A stretch of DNA of 64,000 nucleotides, from positions 64,001 to 128,000 of the forward strand of contig JBBQSO010000001.1 of assembly GCA_038213805.1 (NCBI GenBank), given 5' to 3'. Source of the DNA: Planctomycetota bacterium (GTDB taxonomy: Bacteria; Planctomycetota; UBA11346). The notes under the pieces were generated by a model. It searched no databases. It was not told the DNA's origin and saw only the letters and a program-made list of their open reading frames with translations. Positions 1 to 9,814 of the stretch are shown one piece after another (within the stretch, counting starts at the first letter, position 1; each line of letters starts with the position of its first letter). A program made the position numbers and the translations under genes.

Positions 1-3000
1 GGTGGCCTCGTCGCCGCCCTGCGTGCGCTGGGCGACCAGACCGCCGACCTGCAGGCCGTGGCCAGCGACGCGGTCGGTGCCGAGGCGCGACAGCGCCTCA
101 CCAGCCCACGCCTTAAAGGTGCGGCGCAGGCGCACCTGACCTGGTTCCCCGTCACCACCGTCGACCTGCGCCTGGCCTGGGACATCGTCCTGACCAGCAG
201 GCAGGACGGCAAAATGTACGAGGTGGTCGTCGGTGCGGGCGACGGTGCGGTGCACGAACGCCAGTGCCTGACGGTGGACGAGCAGCAGGCCGCGCGCACG
301 TACGGGCCGGCCTTCGCCGTTGCGGCAGCGTTCAACGCGGCTGGCGGCACGCACGGCAGCCCGGCCGGCGCCGGTACCGCGCCGGCCGACCTCCCCGCGG
401 ACACCATCAGCCTGCTGGTCTTCGACCAGGGCAGCCCGACTCCCATGCGCCCGGGCTGGCCAACACCGGACACCGCCCAGCCGCCGCCGGTGGCGCGCGC
501 CCAGCTCACCCTGGCGAGCATCGATCCCACCGCGTCGCCGCACGGCTGGATGGACGCCACCAGCGGGGACACGCACGGCAACAACGCCGACGCCCACACC
601 GATCTCAACAACGACGACCAGCCGGACCTGCCCCGTCCGCACAGCAGCGGCACGCCGCCCACGTTCGCCTTTCCCTGCGACCTCACCCAGGAGCCCGCGG
701 CCTACCGTGACGCCGCGGTGGTGAATCTCTTCTACTGGTGCAATCTCTGCCACGACCGCTTCTACGGTCTCGGCTTCACCGAGGCCTTCGGGAACTTCCA
801 GGACGACAACTTCGGCAACGGCGGCGCCGGCGGCGATGCCGTGCAGGCGGATGCCCAGGATGGCGGCGGCGCCAACAACGCCAATTTCTCCACGCCACCG
901 GATGGTGCGCCCGGGCGCATGCAGATGTACACCTTCACCGGATCGTCGCCGAACCGCGATGGCGACTTGGATGCGTACATCATCATCCACGAGTACACCC
1001 ACGGCCTGAGCAACCGCCTGGTCGGCGGCGGGGTCGGCGGCATGTTCGCGCTGCAGTCCGGCGGCATGGGTGAGGGCTGGTCGGACTTCATGTCGCTGTG
1101 CCTGCTCACCGACCCCGGAGAGCTGGTGACCGGCACCTATCCGGTCGGTAGCTACGCATTTATCGGCCTGGTCGCGGACAACTACTATCGGGGCGTGCGC
1201 CGCTTCCCCTACGCCGTCGAGAACGGACCGGTCACCGGCGCCTCGCAGAACCCCCTCACTTTCATCGACCTGCGCAGCAATCCCGAGGTGCACGCGATGG
1301 GCGAGGTGTGGTGCGAGACCCTGTGGGAGGCGCGCGCCAACCTCATCCGCAAACTCGGCAGCGTCAGCGCCGGCAACGAGCTCATCATGCGCCTGGTCGT
1401 CGCCGGCATGAAGCTGACCCCGTCCCTGCCGACCTTCCTGCAGGCCCGCGATGCGCTGCTCCAGGCTGATGCGGTGATCACCGGCGGTGCGGACCAGCAG
1501 GAGCTGTGGCGGGCTTTCGCCAAGCGCGGCATGGGCTTCGGCGCTTCGACCGCGAACAGCAACAGCACCGCCGACGTCGTCGAGGCCTTCGACGTGCCTG
1601 GCGACCTGCGCTTGACCCCTGCCGACAGCATCGCCGGCAGCGGCCCCCCGGGCGGGCCGTTCAGCCACGCCACCACCACCTACACGGTGACCAATGCCAA
1701 TCCCACCCAGGCCATCGCCTGGACGGCGGCGGCCGACCAACCCTGGCTGACCATCGTGCCGGACGCAGGCACGCTCGCCGCCGGCGCCAGCGCGGCGGTG
1801 TCGGTCTCCTTCAACGACGCCGCCACCCAGCTCGCGCGCGGCACCTACGGCGCGACCATCGCCTTCACCAACACCACCGACGGCAGCGGCGGCGCGACGC
1901 GCACGGCGCAGCTGCAGGTGGCGCTCAACTATCGGGTCTCGACGGTGCCGATCACGTGGATCCCGCCCGACACCCATACCGTGCTGCCCTTGAGCGATGA
2001 CAGCGTCAGTGCCGCCCAGGCCCTGCCCTTCCCGGTCGAGTTCTACGGCATTGCCTATAACCAGCTGTTCGTCGGCTCGAACGGCCTGATCGGATTCGCT
2101 TCTTCGTTCGGAGTCAATTTCCTCTCCAATGGCGCGCTTCCGGATCCCAATGTCCCGAACGCAGCCATCTACGCCGCGTGGGACGACCTGAATCCGGGCG
2201 CCGGCGGCAGCGTGCGCATCGGGACCGTGGGCACGGCACCCGACCGCAAGGTGGTGGTGAGCTGGGTCGACGTGCCCCGCTTCGGCGATTTCAGCAGCCG
2301 CTACACCATGCAGATCGTGTTGAGCGAAGGCGGCACCGACATCCTCGTCAACTACCTCGATGTCAGTCCCGGCGCGCCGAGCGGCTCCGGCATCGGCGCC
2401 ACCGTCGGTGTTGAGAACGAGGTCGGCGACACCGCCCGCCAGTTCTCCGTCAACACCGCCTCGCTGAGCAACAACATGGCGCTGCGCTATTCCTTCACCA
2501 ATCACGCCCCGACCGTAGCCGTGCCCGCCGCGAGCAGCCTGGATCCGGTGCACGGCACCACGATCACCACCATGACGGCGCTGGGTGCGGACGACGGGGG
2601 AGAAGGCGGACTCGCCTACACCTGGACGGTCTCGGGCTCTGCGCCGGCCGGGGTGGCCTTCGAGGCCAACAATGGCACAAACGCGGCCAAAGCCTGCAGA
2701 GCGACCTTCTCAGCCGCGGGGACCTACCAGCTGCTGTGCACCATCGTCGATCCGGAAGGGCTCGCGGTCAGCACCGCGGTCGCCGTCCACATGACGGCCC
2801 CGACCCTCACCATCCACGCCACTGCCAGCCCCGCCATCGTCAGCGGTCGTGGTGGCGCGGCGATCCTGCAGGTGCTCGGCGCCATCGACGGCGGCAGCGA
2901 GCATGATCTGGTCTACACGTGGCGCGCAGTCGGCTCTCCACCGGGACTGGTGAGCTTCAGCGCCAACGCCAGCAACGCCGCCAAGGTCACTTTCGCCAAT

Positions 3001-4362
3001 TTCGCTGCGGTTGGCCCCTACGAACTCCAGGTCACCATCGCCGATGGCGCAGGCCTGACCGTTAGTGAGGGTCTCGTGGTCACGGTGCTGCCCGTCGCAC
3101 CGGTGGTCGCCACGGCGGCCAGCGCCAGCCTCGATCCGGTGCACGGCACCGCCACCACGGTACTGAGCGTGCTGGGCGCCGATGAAGGCGGCGAGGCCGG
3201 CCTCGCATATACCTGGACGAGCCTGGGCGAGCCGCCGGCCATCGTGACCTTCGACCCGGTCAATGGCAGCAACGCCGGCAAGAGCTGCGCCGCCACGTTC
3301 AGTGCTCCTGGCACCTACCGGTTCCGCTGCACCATCACCGATGGCGATGGGTTGTCCGTCACCAGCGACGTCACGGTGCGGATGCTCGCCCCGACCATCG
3401 CCGTGCATGCGCGCGCCAACCCCATCCTGATCGACGGCCGCACCGGCTCGGCCACCCTGTCCGTTCTCGGAGCGATCAAGGTCGGCGGTGAGGGTGAGCT
3501 GCTGTACGCGTGGCGCGTGCTGGGCACCCCACCTGGCCCGGTCACGCTCGGGGCCAGTGGCAGCAACGCGTCCAAGGTGGTGGGCGCGCTGTTCACCGCG
3601 CTCGGGCATTACGATCTCGAGGTGACGGTCACCGACGGCACCGGTCTGGCGATCACCGACACCGTCGGCGTCGACGTGGGAAACAGCGCGCCGAGGGTGG
3701 CCACCCCGGCCAGCGCGACGCCGGACCCGGTGACCGGCACCACCACCACACTGGCGATCCTGGGCAGCGACGATGCCGACGAATCGACGCTGACCTACAC
3801 CTGGACCGCCGCTCCCGGCAGCCCGGCCGCAGTGCAGTTCAGCCCGAACGCTGGCAACGACGCGAAGCACGCGACCGCCACCTTTACCAAGGCGGGGAAT
3901 TATACGCTGATGTGCACCGTCACCGATGGTGACGGCCTGTCCGTGACCAGCACCGTGGTGCTGGTCGTCATTCCGACTGCGACGACGATCGTGGTCGCGC
4001 CGGAGTCGATCGTGGTTCCGCCGGGCGGCTCGGTGGTGTTCGCCATCACCGCCCAGGACCAGTTCAGCCAGCCCATGACGGCACCGACCTGCACCTGGAC
4101 GGTGGATAGCACCGCCAGCGGCGACATCGATGCCGTCAGTGGGCGCTTCGCCGCCACCGTGGTTCAAGGTGGGCCCTACGCAGTCACCGCGACCAGCGGC
4201 GCCTTGACCGCGTCGGCGACGCTCAGCGTGGTCACTCCGACGACGACCTCGAGTGGCGGCTCCAGCGGCCGCTCCTGCGGGGTCGGCTCGGGTCTGGCGG
4301 CGCTCGTCAGCATGCTGATCGCGCTGGTCCTGATGGGATGGCGGCGGCGCACAGACGGGTGA
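1..4362 (+). CDS. M36 (fungalysin-family) metallopeptidase with BACON-like domain, five PKD/Ig-like repeats and C-terminal membrane anchor (5'-partial)
   Basis: Frame 1 is open from base 1. Motifs: HEYTHGLSNRL zinc site, GMGEGWSDF, EVHAMGEVW, NNANFSTPPDG..GRMQMY. PepSY-like segment precedes them. Ends in a Ser/Gly linker, CGVGSG, a hydrophobic helix and RRR. Confidence 0.92.
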   Translation, partial: GGLVAALRALGDQTADLQAVASDAVGAEARQRLTSPRLKGAAQAHLTWFPVTTVDLRLAWDIVLTSRQDGKMYEVVVGAGDGAVHERQCLTVDEQQAARTYGPAFAVAAAFNAAGGTHGSPAGAGTAPADLPADTISLLVFDQGSPTPMRPGWPTPDTAQPPPVARAQLTLASIDPTASPHGWMDATSGDTHGNNADAHTDLNNDDQPDLPRPHSSGTPPTFAFPCDLTQEPAAYRDAAVVNLFYWCNLCHDRFYGLGFTEAFGNFQDDNFGNGGAGGDAVQADAQDGGGANNANFSTPPDGAPGRMQMYTFTGSSPNRDGDLDAYIIIHEYTHGLSNRLVGGGVGGMFALQSGGMGEGWSDFMSLCLLTDPGELVTGTYPVGSYAFIGLVADNYYRGVRRFPYAVENGPVTGASQNPLTFIDLRSNPEVHAMGEVWCETLWEARANLIRKLGSVSAGNELIMRLVVAGMKLTPSLPTFLQARDALLQADAVITGGADQQELWRAFAKRGMGFGASTANSNSTADVVEAFDVPGDLRLTPADSIAGSGPPGGPFSHATTTYTVTNANPTQAIAWTAAADQPWLTIVPDAGTLAAGASAAVSVSFNDAATQLARGTYGATIAFTNTTDGSGGATRTAQLQVALNYRVSTVPITWIPPDTHTVLPLSDDSVSAAQALPFPVEFYGIAYNQLFVGSNGLIGFASSFGVNFLSNGALPDPNVPNAAIYAAWDDLNPGAGGSVRIGTVGTAPDRKVVVSWVDVPRFGDFSSRYTMQIVLSEGGTDILVNYLDVSPGAPSGSGIGATVGVENEVGDTARQFSVNTASLSNNMALRYSFTNHAPTVAVPAASSLDPVHGTTITTMTALGADDGGEGGLAYTWTVSGSAPAGVAFEANNGTNAAKACRATFSAAGTYQLLCTIVDPEGLAVSTAVAVHMTAPTLTIHATASPAIVSGRGGAAILQVLGAIDGGSEHDLVYTWRAVGSPPGLVSFSANASNAAKVTFANFAAVGPYELQVTIADGAGLTVSEGLVVTVLPVAPVVATAASASLDPVHGTATTVLSVLGADEGGEAGLAYTWTSLGEPPAIVTFDPVNGSNAGKSCAATFSAPGTYRFRCTITDGDGLSVTSDVTVRMLAPTIAVHARANPILIDGRTGSATLSVLGAIKVGGEGELLYAWRVLGTPPGPVTLGASGSNASKVVGALFTALGHYDLEVTVTDGTGLAITDTVGVDVGNSAPRVATPASATPDPVTGTTTTLAILGSDDADESTLTYTWTAAPGSPAAVQFSPNAGNDAKHATATFTKAGNYTLMCTVTDGDGLSVTSTVVLVVIPTATTIVVAPESIVVPPGGSVVFAITAQDQFSQPMTAPTCTWTVDSTASGDIDAVSGRFAATVVQGGPYAVTATSGALTASATLSVVTPTTTSSGGSSGRSCGVGSGLAALVSMLIALVLMGWRRRTDG
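2503..3970 (+). repeat. Five tandem ~97-aa PKD/Ig-like repeats inside the M36 gene, arranged A-B-A'-B'-C
   Basis: Recurrent AP(T/V)VA..A....P..G....L..LGAD.GGE..L.YTW...NG.NA.K...A.F...G.Y pattern. Units 1 and 3 share SLDPVHGT; units 2 and 4 share APT..(I/V)HA.A.P....GR. Confidence 0.85.
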
Positions 4363-4584
4363 GGTTGAGCGCTCAGCATGGCGGGTGCGCTGGTCGGTAG
4401 CCGCCACGGGTGAGCGCCGGTCTGCTCATGGATGAAGTCGACCATCCCGAAATCACGCCCCGGCCTCTGCCCGGCCCGGGGACCGCCGGCACCGCCGCCC
4501 CTGTGCCAGAAGCAGAAGCGGTTGAACATCTGGACGAATACCATGCTGCACGTCAGGACTCCCACTGCCTCGTAGCACTTGGAC

Positions 4585-5188
4585 CTACTGCAGCTCCATC
4601 TGCACGACATCCTGCCGCCGGCTCTTCGGGGTGACGGTGACCGCCACCACCCGGCCACCGCGCACCGTGCCGGCCACGACCGTGTCGTGCGCGGCGTGCA
4701 GGCGGACATCGACGTCCCAGGTTTTCGGTCATGCGGGGAAGAGCAGGATGCGGTCGCCACGCGCCTGCATCAGCATTGACTGCAGGATGAGCTGCCCGGC
4801 GCCACCATTGTCGAGATCAGGTTCCCAGTCGTGGGCCGGCCGCCAGAACCAGCGGAAGCGTGCGCTGCCGTAGGCGGTGAAGTTGGCGATCGCCTCGGTC
4901 TGCGCGCGTCGGGCCCAACCCAGACAGGTCGCCTGGATGCCCTGCTGGCAAACAGGTGCTATCGACGAAACGCTTGGCGTCGTAGGTCGCGCGTGCCAGT
5001 TCCAGTTCGGGCAGGCCGACGCCGAACAGACGGAACGGGCGCACGGCGTACAATTTGGAATTCTCGCTATGGTTCGGTTTACCGAAGGTCGCGGCTGGCC
5101 ACCGGATGGCGGTACCGCCCGCGGCCGCCTGCCCGCTCGTCAGCGGCACCTTGCCCAGGGCCCGTTGGTGAAGTGGCGGCCGATCCAC
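4585..5188 (-). pseudogene. C-terminal remnant of a DUF5703/GH95-like glycoside hydrolase
   Basis: Reads EN..LYAVRPFRLFGVGLPELELARATY, then frameshifts near 4950 into GIQATCLG..RFRWFWRPAHDWEPDLDNGGAG..LQSMLMQ..DRILLFPA*PKTWDVDVRLHA. In-frame TGA at 4729-4731 where Trp is expected. No N-terminal part. Confidence 0.8.
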
Positions 5189-5325
5189 GGATTGGTCAGC
5201 TCCGGTCCGGGATTCCGAGCATGAAAAGGATCAGGGCAGCGCGGTGGGGCATGGGCTTCGCTTCGCCTCGGGGAGGGCGGGATGGCGGGATGCAGGAGAC
5301 CCCCTCAGGGGTCGGTACGCACGCG

Positions 5326-6054
5326 TCAGTGCGATACGGTCTGCAGCCAGGGTTTCAGGGCGGTGAAGAATCGCTCGGCCAGGCGGTCGTCGCCCGTCAC
5401 ATTGGGATGCACCCAGTCGATCGTGCAGGTGTCCGGTTGCTTGGGATCGGAGATCCAGCCGTCGCCGGTGGGGACCGCGATGACTGGCGCGGTGGCGGTG
5501 TTCAAGGTGGTGGCGAGTGCCGCATAGGCCCCTGCCAGTTCGGGAAAGGGCTTCCAAGGCTGGAAGGGCTGGCCGATCACCACCCGCACGTGCGCATTGC
5601 GGGCGCGCAGCAGTCCGACGAGGTCGCTGATGGCGGTCACGGTCTCAGCGATCGGCTTGCCCTCGCTGTTGCCGTTGGTTCCGAGCAGGATGATGGCGAT
5701 GTCAGCGGTCCACGTCGGCCCGTTCTTGCGCACCTCGTCTCTCACCCCCATGGCCGTCCACCCCCATCGGCCTTCATGCCGATTGGGGAATTCCACGCCC
5801 TGATAGGGCGCATACGGCGGCGCGCCTTCGAATCCATCGGTCATGGCGCCAACCATCTCGACCGCCTGACCGGCAGCGACGAAGCGTTTCCACAAGGGAT
5901 AGCGCCAGGAGTAGGTGCGCTGGCGGTCCGCGGTGCCGTTGTTCCCCTGGGTGATCGAATCGCCGATGCATACCAGACGTACCGGTTCGGCGGCCGGCAC
6001 GCCGGCGGCAAAGAACACGATCATGATGGCGGATAGGAGGGCTGGGATTTTCAT
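5326..6054 (-). CDS. Secreted SGNH/GDSL hydrolase (esterase)
   Basis: Signal peptide; GDSIT block I, HEGRWG, LLGTN block III, DWVHPN block V. Confidence 0.9.
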   Translation of the reverse strand: MKIPALLSAIMIVFFAAGVPAAEPVRLVCIGDSITQGNNGTADRQRTYSWRYPLWKRFVAAGQAVEMVGAMTDGFEGAPPYAPYQGVEFPNRHEGRWGWTAMGVRDEVRKNGPTWTADIAIILLGTNGNSEGKPIAETVTAISDLVGLLRARNAHVRVVIGQPFQPWKPFPELAGAYAALATTLNTATAPVIAVPTGDGWISDPKQPDTCTIDWVHPNVTGDDRLAERFFTALKPWLQTVSH

Positions 6055-6155
6055 GGGTGCTTTCCTGAGGGCTCTTCGCTGGGTGCCGGTCGGCGGCGGC
6101 GCGACTCAATAATCGCTCGCGCCCAGGCTGCACAACAGGCGGCAGGCGGCAAGGA

Positions 6156-6860
6156 TCAGGCGTGCGCGCATCGGCAGGGGTTACCCAGGATCTTGGCGGC
6201 GCTGCGTTCCCAGGGATCGTTGGGCCTCAGCACGCAGAAATTGTGGCCACGGGCGAGCGCTTCGATGGCCCACGCAGGCGTGTCCGGATGGCCGAGCAGT
6301 GGCCGCAGGCGCCATTCGCTGCCATTGAGCATGATTGTGCGGCCCTCGATCCAGCATTCGCGGAAGTCGAAGCGCTGGGCATAGCGCAGGCGTTGGGTGG
6401 GACCGGGCTTGACCGCGGCGGTGGGATCCACATCGCCTTCCGGCCAGGTGACCGTGCCGCAGCGCGCACCGTCGAGATAGACGGTGTCGTCGGTGCTGAC
6501 CCGGGTCAGGTCGAGCAGGACCGCGCGCCCCGTCCATCCGACAGGCACGGTGATCTCCCGTTCGTACCACGCGCTGCGCACGGCATTGCGCTCGCACGTC
6601 GCCCAATGCCCGTCTGCGCCGCGCCCGAGCAGACTACGCTCGTCGCGCCACGAGCCCGGCACCGCGATCCAGCCCCAGCCGTGCGCAGGCGCTTCCTTGA
6701 CCGTGGGCGCGAAACGCCAGGCGCCCTCGAGCGCCATCTCGCCGCGCAGCAGTGACGTCGCCGTGGTCTCGCTCCAGCGCGGCGCGCCGGTGGGGAACGC
6801 ATCCTGCGCGAAGAGGGCGACGGCAAAGGTGATGAGGACCAGGCACATGAGAACGCGCAT
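6156..6860 (-). pseudogene. Truncated, internally deleted GH2-like glycoside hydrolase (sugar-binding N-domain only)
   Basis: Signal peptide, LEGAWRFAP, VPGSW, AWYEREITVP.GW.GR.V.L. Then jumps directly to RFDFRECWIEGR.IMLNG (start of the catalytic barrel) and stops about 50 aa later. Confidence 0.72.
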
Positions 6861-6889
6861 GCAGGCTCCGAGTGGACGACCGACGGGCC

Positions 6890-6916
6890 ATTGCGCGATG
6901 ATTCCGGCGAGGTGAC
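6890..6916 (-). promoter_or_regulatory. Candidate ECF promoter GTCACCT-N13-GCGCAAT for the GH2-like gene
   Basis: The same two boxes occur upstream of the divergent sigma gene at 7143-7168. Confidence 0.5.
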
Positions 6917-7142
6917 CGGCATGAGCGAAGCCCTCGTCCACCGACTCACACGCGAACATGTCCATCAGATCGCCGACCGGCGCATGCCACGGCGCTGCTC
7001 CTGGCGCATGGCCTTTGCAAGCAGGCCGCGGTGCACCCGCAGGCCTGCCTCGCGCCTGCGGGAAACTCCTGCGCAGTGAGCGCGGCCCAGCGGCAGTGCG
7101 ACGCGTGCGTGTGAGACGGGCGACCCGCTTCGCCAGTTCGCC

Positions 7143-7168
7143 GTCACCTTGTCGGCTTTCGGCGCAAT
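7143..7168 (+). promoter_or_regulatory. Candidate autoregulatory ECF promoter GTCACCT-N12-GCGCAAT
   Basis: Ends 17 nt before the ATG at 7186; matches the divergent copy at 6890-6916. Confidence 0.5.
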
Positions 7169-7185
7169 CAGATGCACCAGCCCGC

Positions 7186-7713
7186 ATGCCGCCTACCGAC
7201 ACTTCTCGCATGGCCTTCGAGATCTTGGTGCGGCAGCACCACCGCCGGCTGCTCGGCTACGCCCTGGCGCTGTGCCGCTCCTCGGCCGAGGCCGAAGACC
7301 TGGTCCAGGAGGCGTTCCTGGTGGCCTACCGCGAACTCTCCCGCTTCGACCCCAGCCGCGACTTCGGCGCGTGGGTGCGCGGCATCGTGCGCATGAAATG
7401 GCTGGAAAGCCATCGCCGCCGTGAACGCCCGGTAGACGACGTCACCCTGGCGGCGCTCGACGAGGGGCATCGCCGGCTTGAGGTCAGCGAGGCGGAAGCT
7501 GGCATCGACGCTCTGGCGACCCTGCGCGGCTGCGTCGCCCGCCTCGATGACGCGCTGCGCCAAACCGTCGAGCTGTTCTACCTGCAGGAGCTGCCCTGCC
7601 AGGCGGTGGCGGAACGCACCGGGGTCTCGGTCGAAGCGGTGCGCAAGCGCCTGCAGCGCGCGCGTGAGGCGCTCGGCGACTGCCTCGGCAGGAACGCGGA
7701 GCGGCCATCATGA
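7186..7713 (+). CDS. ECF sigma-70 factor
   Basis: Region 2 AEAEDLVQEAFL..FGAWVRGI; region 4 VELFY..VAERTGVSVEAVRKRLQRAR. Start set at ATG 7186 rather than 6958. Confidence 0.93.
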   Translation: MPPTDTSRMAFEILVRQHHRRLLGYALALCRSSAEAEDLVQEAFLVAYRELSRFDPSRDFGAWVRGIVRMKWLESHRRRERPVDDVTLAALDEGHRRLEVSEAEAGIDALATLRGCVARLDDALRQTVELFYLQELPCQAVAERTGVSVEAVRKRLQRAREALGDCLGRNAERPS

Positions 7714-8840
7714 CGGACGACGATGCCGGCGTGGTCGGCGGGGCCGACGCGCGGATCGATGGCCTGCTGCGCGAACTGGGCCGCGGCGGCGCACCCGGCG
7801 CCGACGAGACCTTCGTCGGCCGCGTGCTGCGCGCCACGGCTCCACGGCGGCGCAGCACGCGGCGGCGCGCCTGGATGCCGCTGGCGGTCGCGGCGGGATT
7901 GCTGCTCTGCCTGGCAGGCGCCTGGGGCTGGCACGCGCGCCCCATCTGCCACCTGGTCGACGCCGAGGGCGCGCTGGTGCGCGCGGCGGGCTGGCGGCCC
8001 TTCGGGGGCCTCGGGCCGGGCGACGCGATCGAGGTCGCGGCCGGCGGACGGGGCGCCCTGGAATGGGCGGACGGGTCGCGGGTCGTCCTCGGTTCGGCCA
8101 GCCGGGTCGAGCTGCCGGGGCGCAGCGACCCGTTCACGCTGCGCCTGGGCAACGGCCGTGTCGACGCCACCATCTCTCCGCAGCCCACGGGTCGGCCATT
8201 CACGCTGGTCACCGCCGAGGCGACGCTGACGGTCGAAGGCACCGCCTTCACCGTCACCACGGGCGCCGCCGGCACCGCTGTCGCGCTGCGGCACGGGGCC
8301 CTGCGCGTGACCTCGCCGGCAGGCGAGGTGCGTCTGCAGCCCGGCGAGGCGACCGCCGTCATCGCCGGGCGACCACCGAGCCTGAGCACCGCGAGCGATG
8401 CCCCGGTGCGCTTCCGCGAAGCCCATGTGGACGCAGGCTGGACCTGGCGCGCGGACGCGGTCACCGCCCAGGCGCGCTGGTACGAGGTCGATGGGACATG
8501 GACGCGCGTCATGGCCTTCACCGCTGCAAAGGCCCCCGGCACCGCCCTGCTGCCGGTACCGGTCCTGCCCACGCGCTGGCGGGCGATCCTGCAGGTGCGC
8601 GTACGACCCCATGGCGGCGCAGGTCAGGTCGCGCTCGCGGTCGGTGACGCCCGGCTGCCGCTCGCGTTCGAGCCCGGCGCCTGGCGGCGCATCCATGTCG
8701 TCGGCGACAGCGCAGCCGTCGCCCTGGCCGGATCGTCGACGCAGCTGGCGCTCACGCGCCCGGTCGAGGTTCTCGGCGTGGCGATCACCGATGCGGATGT
8801 CGACATCGGCGAGGTCGTCGTGCTGGAGGAGGGGCCGTGA
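7710..8840 (+). CDS. FecR-domain anti-sigma factor
   Basis: ATGA overlap with the sigma gene; single TM helix; FecR motifs WADGSRV, LGNGRV, TAEATLTVEGTAF. Confidence 0.88.
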   Translation: MTDDDAGVVGGADARIDGLLRELGRGGAPGADETFVGRVLRATAPRRRSTRRRAWMPLAVAAGLLLCLAGAWGWHARPICHLVDAEGALVRAAGWRPFGGLGPGDAIEVAAGGRGALEWADGSRVVLGSASRVELPGRSDPFTLRLGNGRVDATISPQPTGRPFTLVTAEATLTVEGTAFTVTTGAAGTAVALRHGALRVTSPAGEVRLQPGEATAVIAGRPPSLSTASDAPVRFREAHVDAGWTWRADAVTAQARWYEVDGTWTRVMAFTAAKAPGTALLPVPVLPTRWRAILQVRVRPHGGAGQVALAVGDARLPLAFEPGAWRRIHVVGDSAAVALAGSSTQLALTRPVEVLGVAITDADVDIGEVVVLEEGP

Positions 8841-9814
8841 TCCGCGTCGTCCGCCTGGTCGCGCTGGCGCTCGGCACATGCGCGCTCGCACCCGCCCTGG
8901 AGATCGGCTCTTGGGACTTCGAACGCGCCGAGGATGCGCACGCCTGGCGTGGACTGGGCGGCCCCAATGTCGCGATCGTCGCCGAGGACGGCGGCAACGT
9001 CCTGGCCATCGCAAACCGCGACAACCGCCACACCGTGATGGTGAGCTGCCAGATCGCACTCGATCCCGCGTGGCGGCGCCTGACGGTGGCGACGCGCATG
9101 CGCGCATCCGGACTGGTGCTGGGCTCGGAAAGCTGGCAGGATGCGCGGCTGGCGGTCGAGTTCCATGGTGCGGATGGGCGCCTGATCGGCTATGGCGCGC
9201 CGGCGCACCTACGCGGCGATGCGCCGTGGACACCGCTGCGCAGCGAGATGGAGATCCCCGCCGACGCGACGACCGTGGAGCTGGTGGCAGCGAACTTCGC
9301 CCGCGCCGGCGCATGCGCCTTCGACGACATCCGCGTGAACGCCGACGCGCAGCGCGAACTCGCTGCCTCCGCCACCTACCGCGCCGATTTCGCCACGCTC
9401 GACCGCGACGGCCTGCCGCTCGGCTGGTGCCTCAGCAGCGCGCACCTGCGCGTCGTTGCCGGCGCGCTGGCGCTCGATGCCGCTGCAGGCGCGGTGGAGG
9501 CGCGCGCGCTGATCGCCGTGGACCCCGCTTGGCGGCGCATGCGCATCGCCTGCCGCCTGAGCGCGCACGGGCTGGTGGTCGGCGCGGACCCATCCAGCAC
9601 CGCCCGCCTGGACATCGACCCCCTCGATGCCGAGGGCCACCCATCCCCGCAACCGCACCCGGTGCCGTCCCTGGCGCGCGATGCCGAGTGGCACCAGCAG
9701 GCTGTGGATGTCGACCTGCCCGCAGGTACGCGTTGGCTGCTGCTGCGGCCGAACAACAGCGGACTCGCCGGAGTCTTCCTCCTCGACGATATCACCTGTT
9801 CACCACGCGAGTGA
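8837..9814 (+). CDS. Secreted protein with two tandem carbohydrate-binding-like (CBM4/9-like) jelly-roll domains
   Basis: Signal peptide; internal duplication DPAWRRL/M....A.GLV.G......ARL; domain ends FDDIRV and LDDITC; GTGA overlap with the FecR gene. Confidence 0.65.
   Translation: MIRVVRLVALALGTCALAPALEIGSWDFERAEDAHAWRGLGGPNVAIVAEDGGNVLAIANRDNRHTVMVSCQIALDPAWRRLTVATRMRASGLVLGSESWQDARLAVEFHGADGRLIGYGAPAHLRGDAPWTPLRSEMEIPADATTVELVAANFARAGACAFDDIRVNADAQRELAASATYRADFATLDRDGLPLGWCLSSAHLRVVAGALALDAAAGAVEARALIAVDPAWRRMRIACRLSAHGLVVGADPSSTARLDIDPLDAEGHPSPQPHPVPSLARDAEWHQQAVDVDLPAGTRWLLLRPNNSGLAGVFLLDDITCSPRE

Noticed and set aside
4729..4731. In-frame TGA at a Trp position as possible recoding or alternative genetic code
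   Set aside because: The same fragment also has a frameshift and no 5' part, and TGA is the normal stop of many intact genes in the window.
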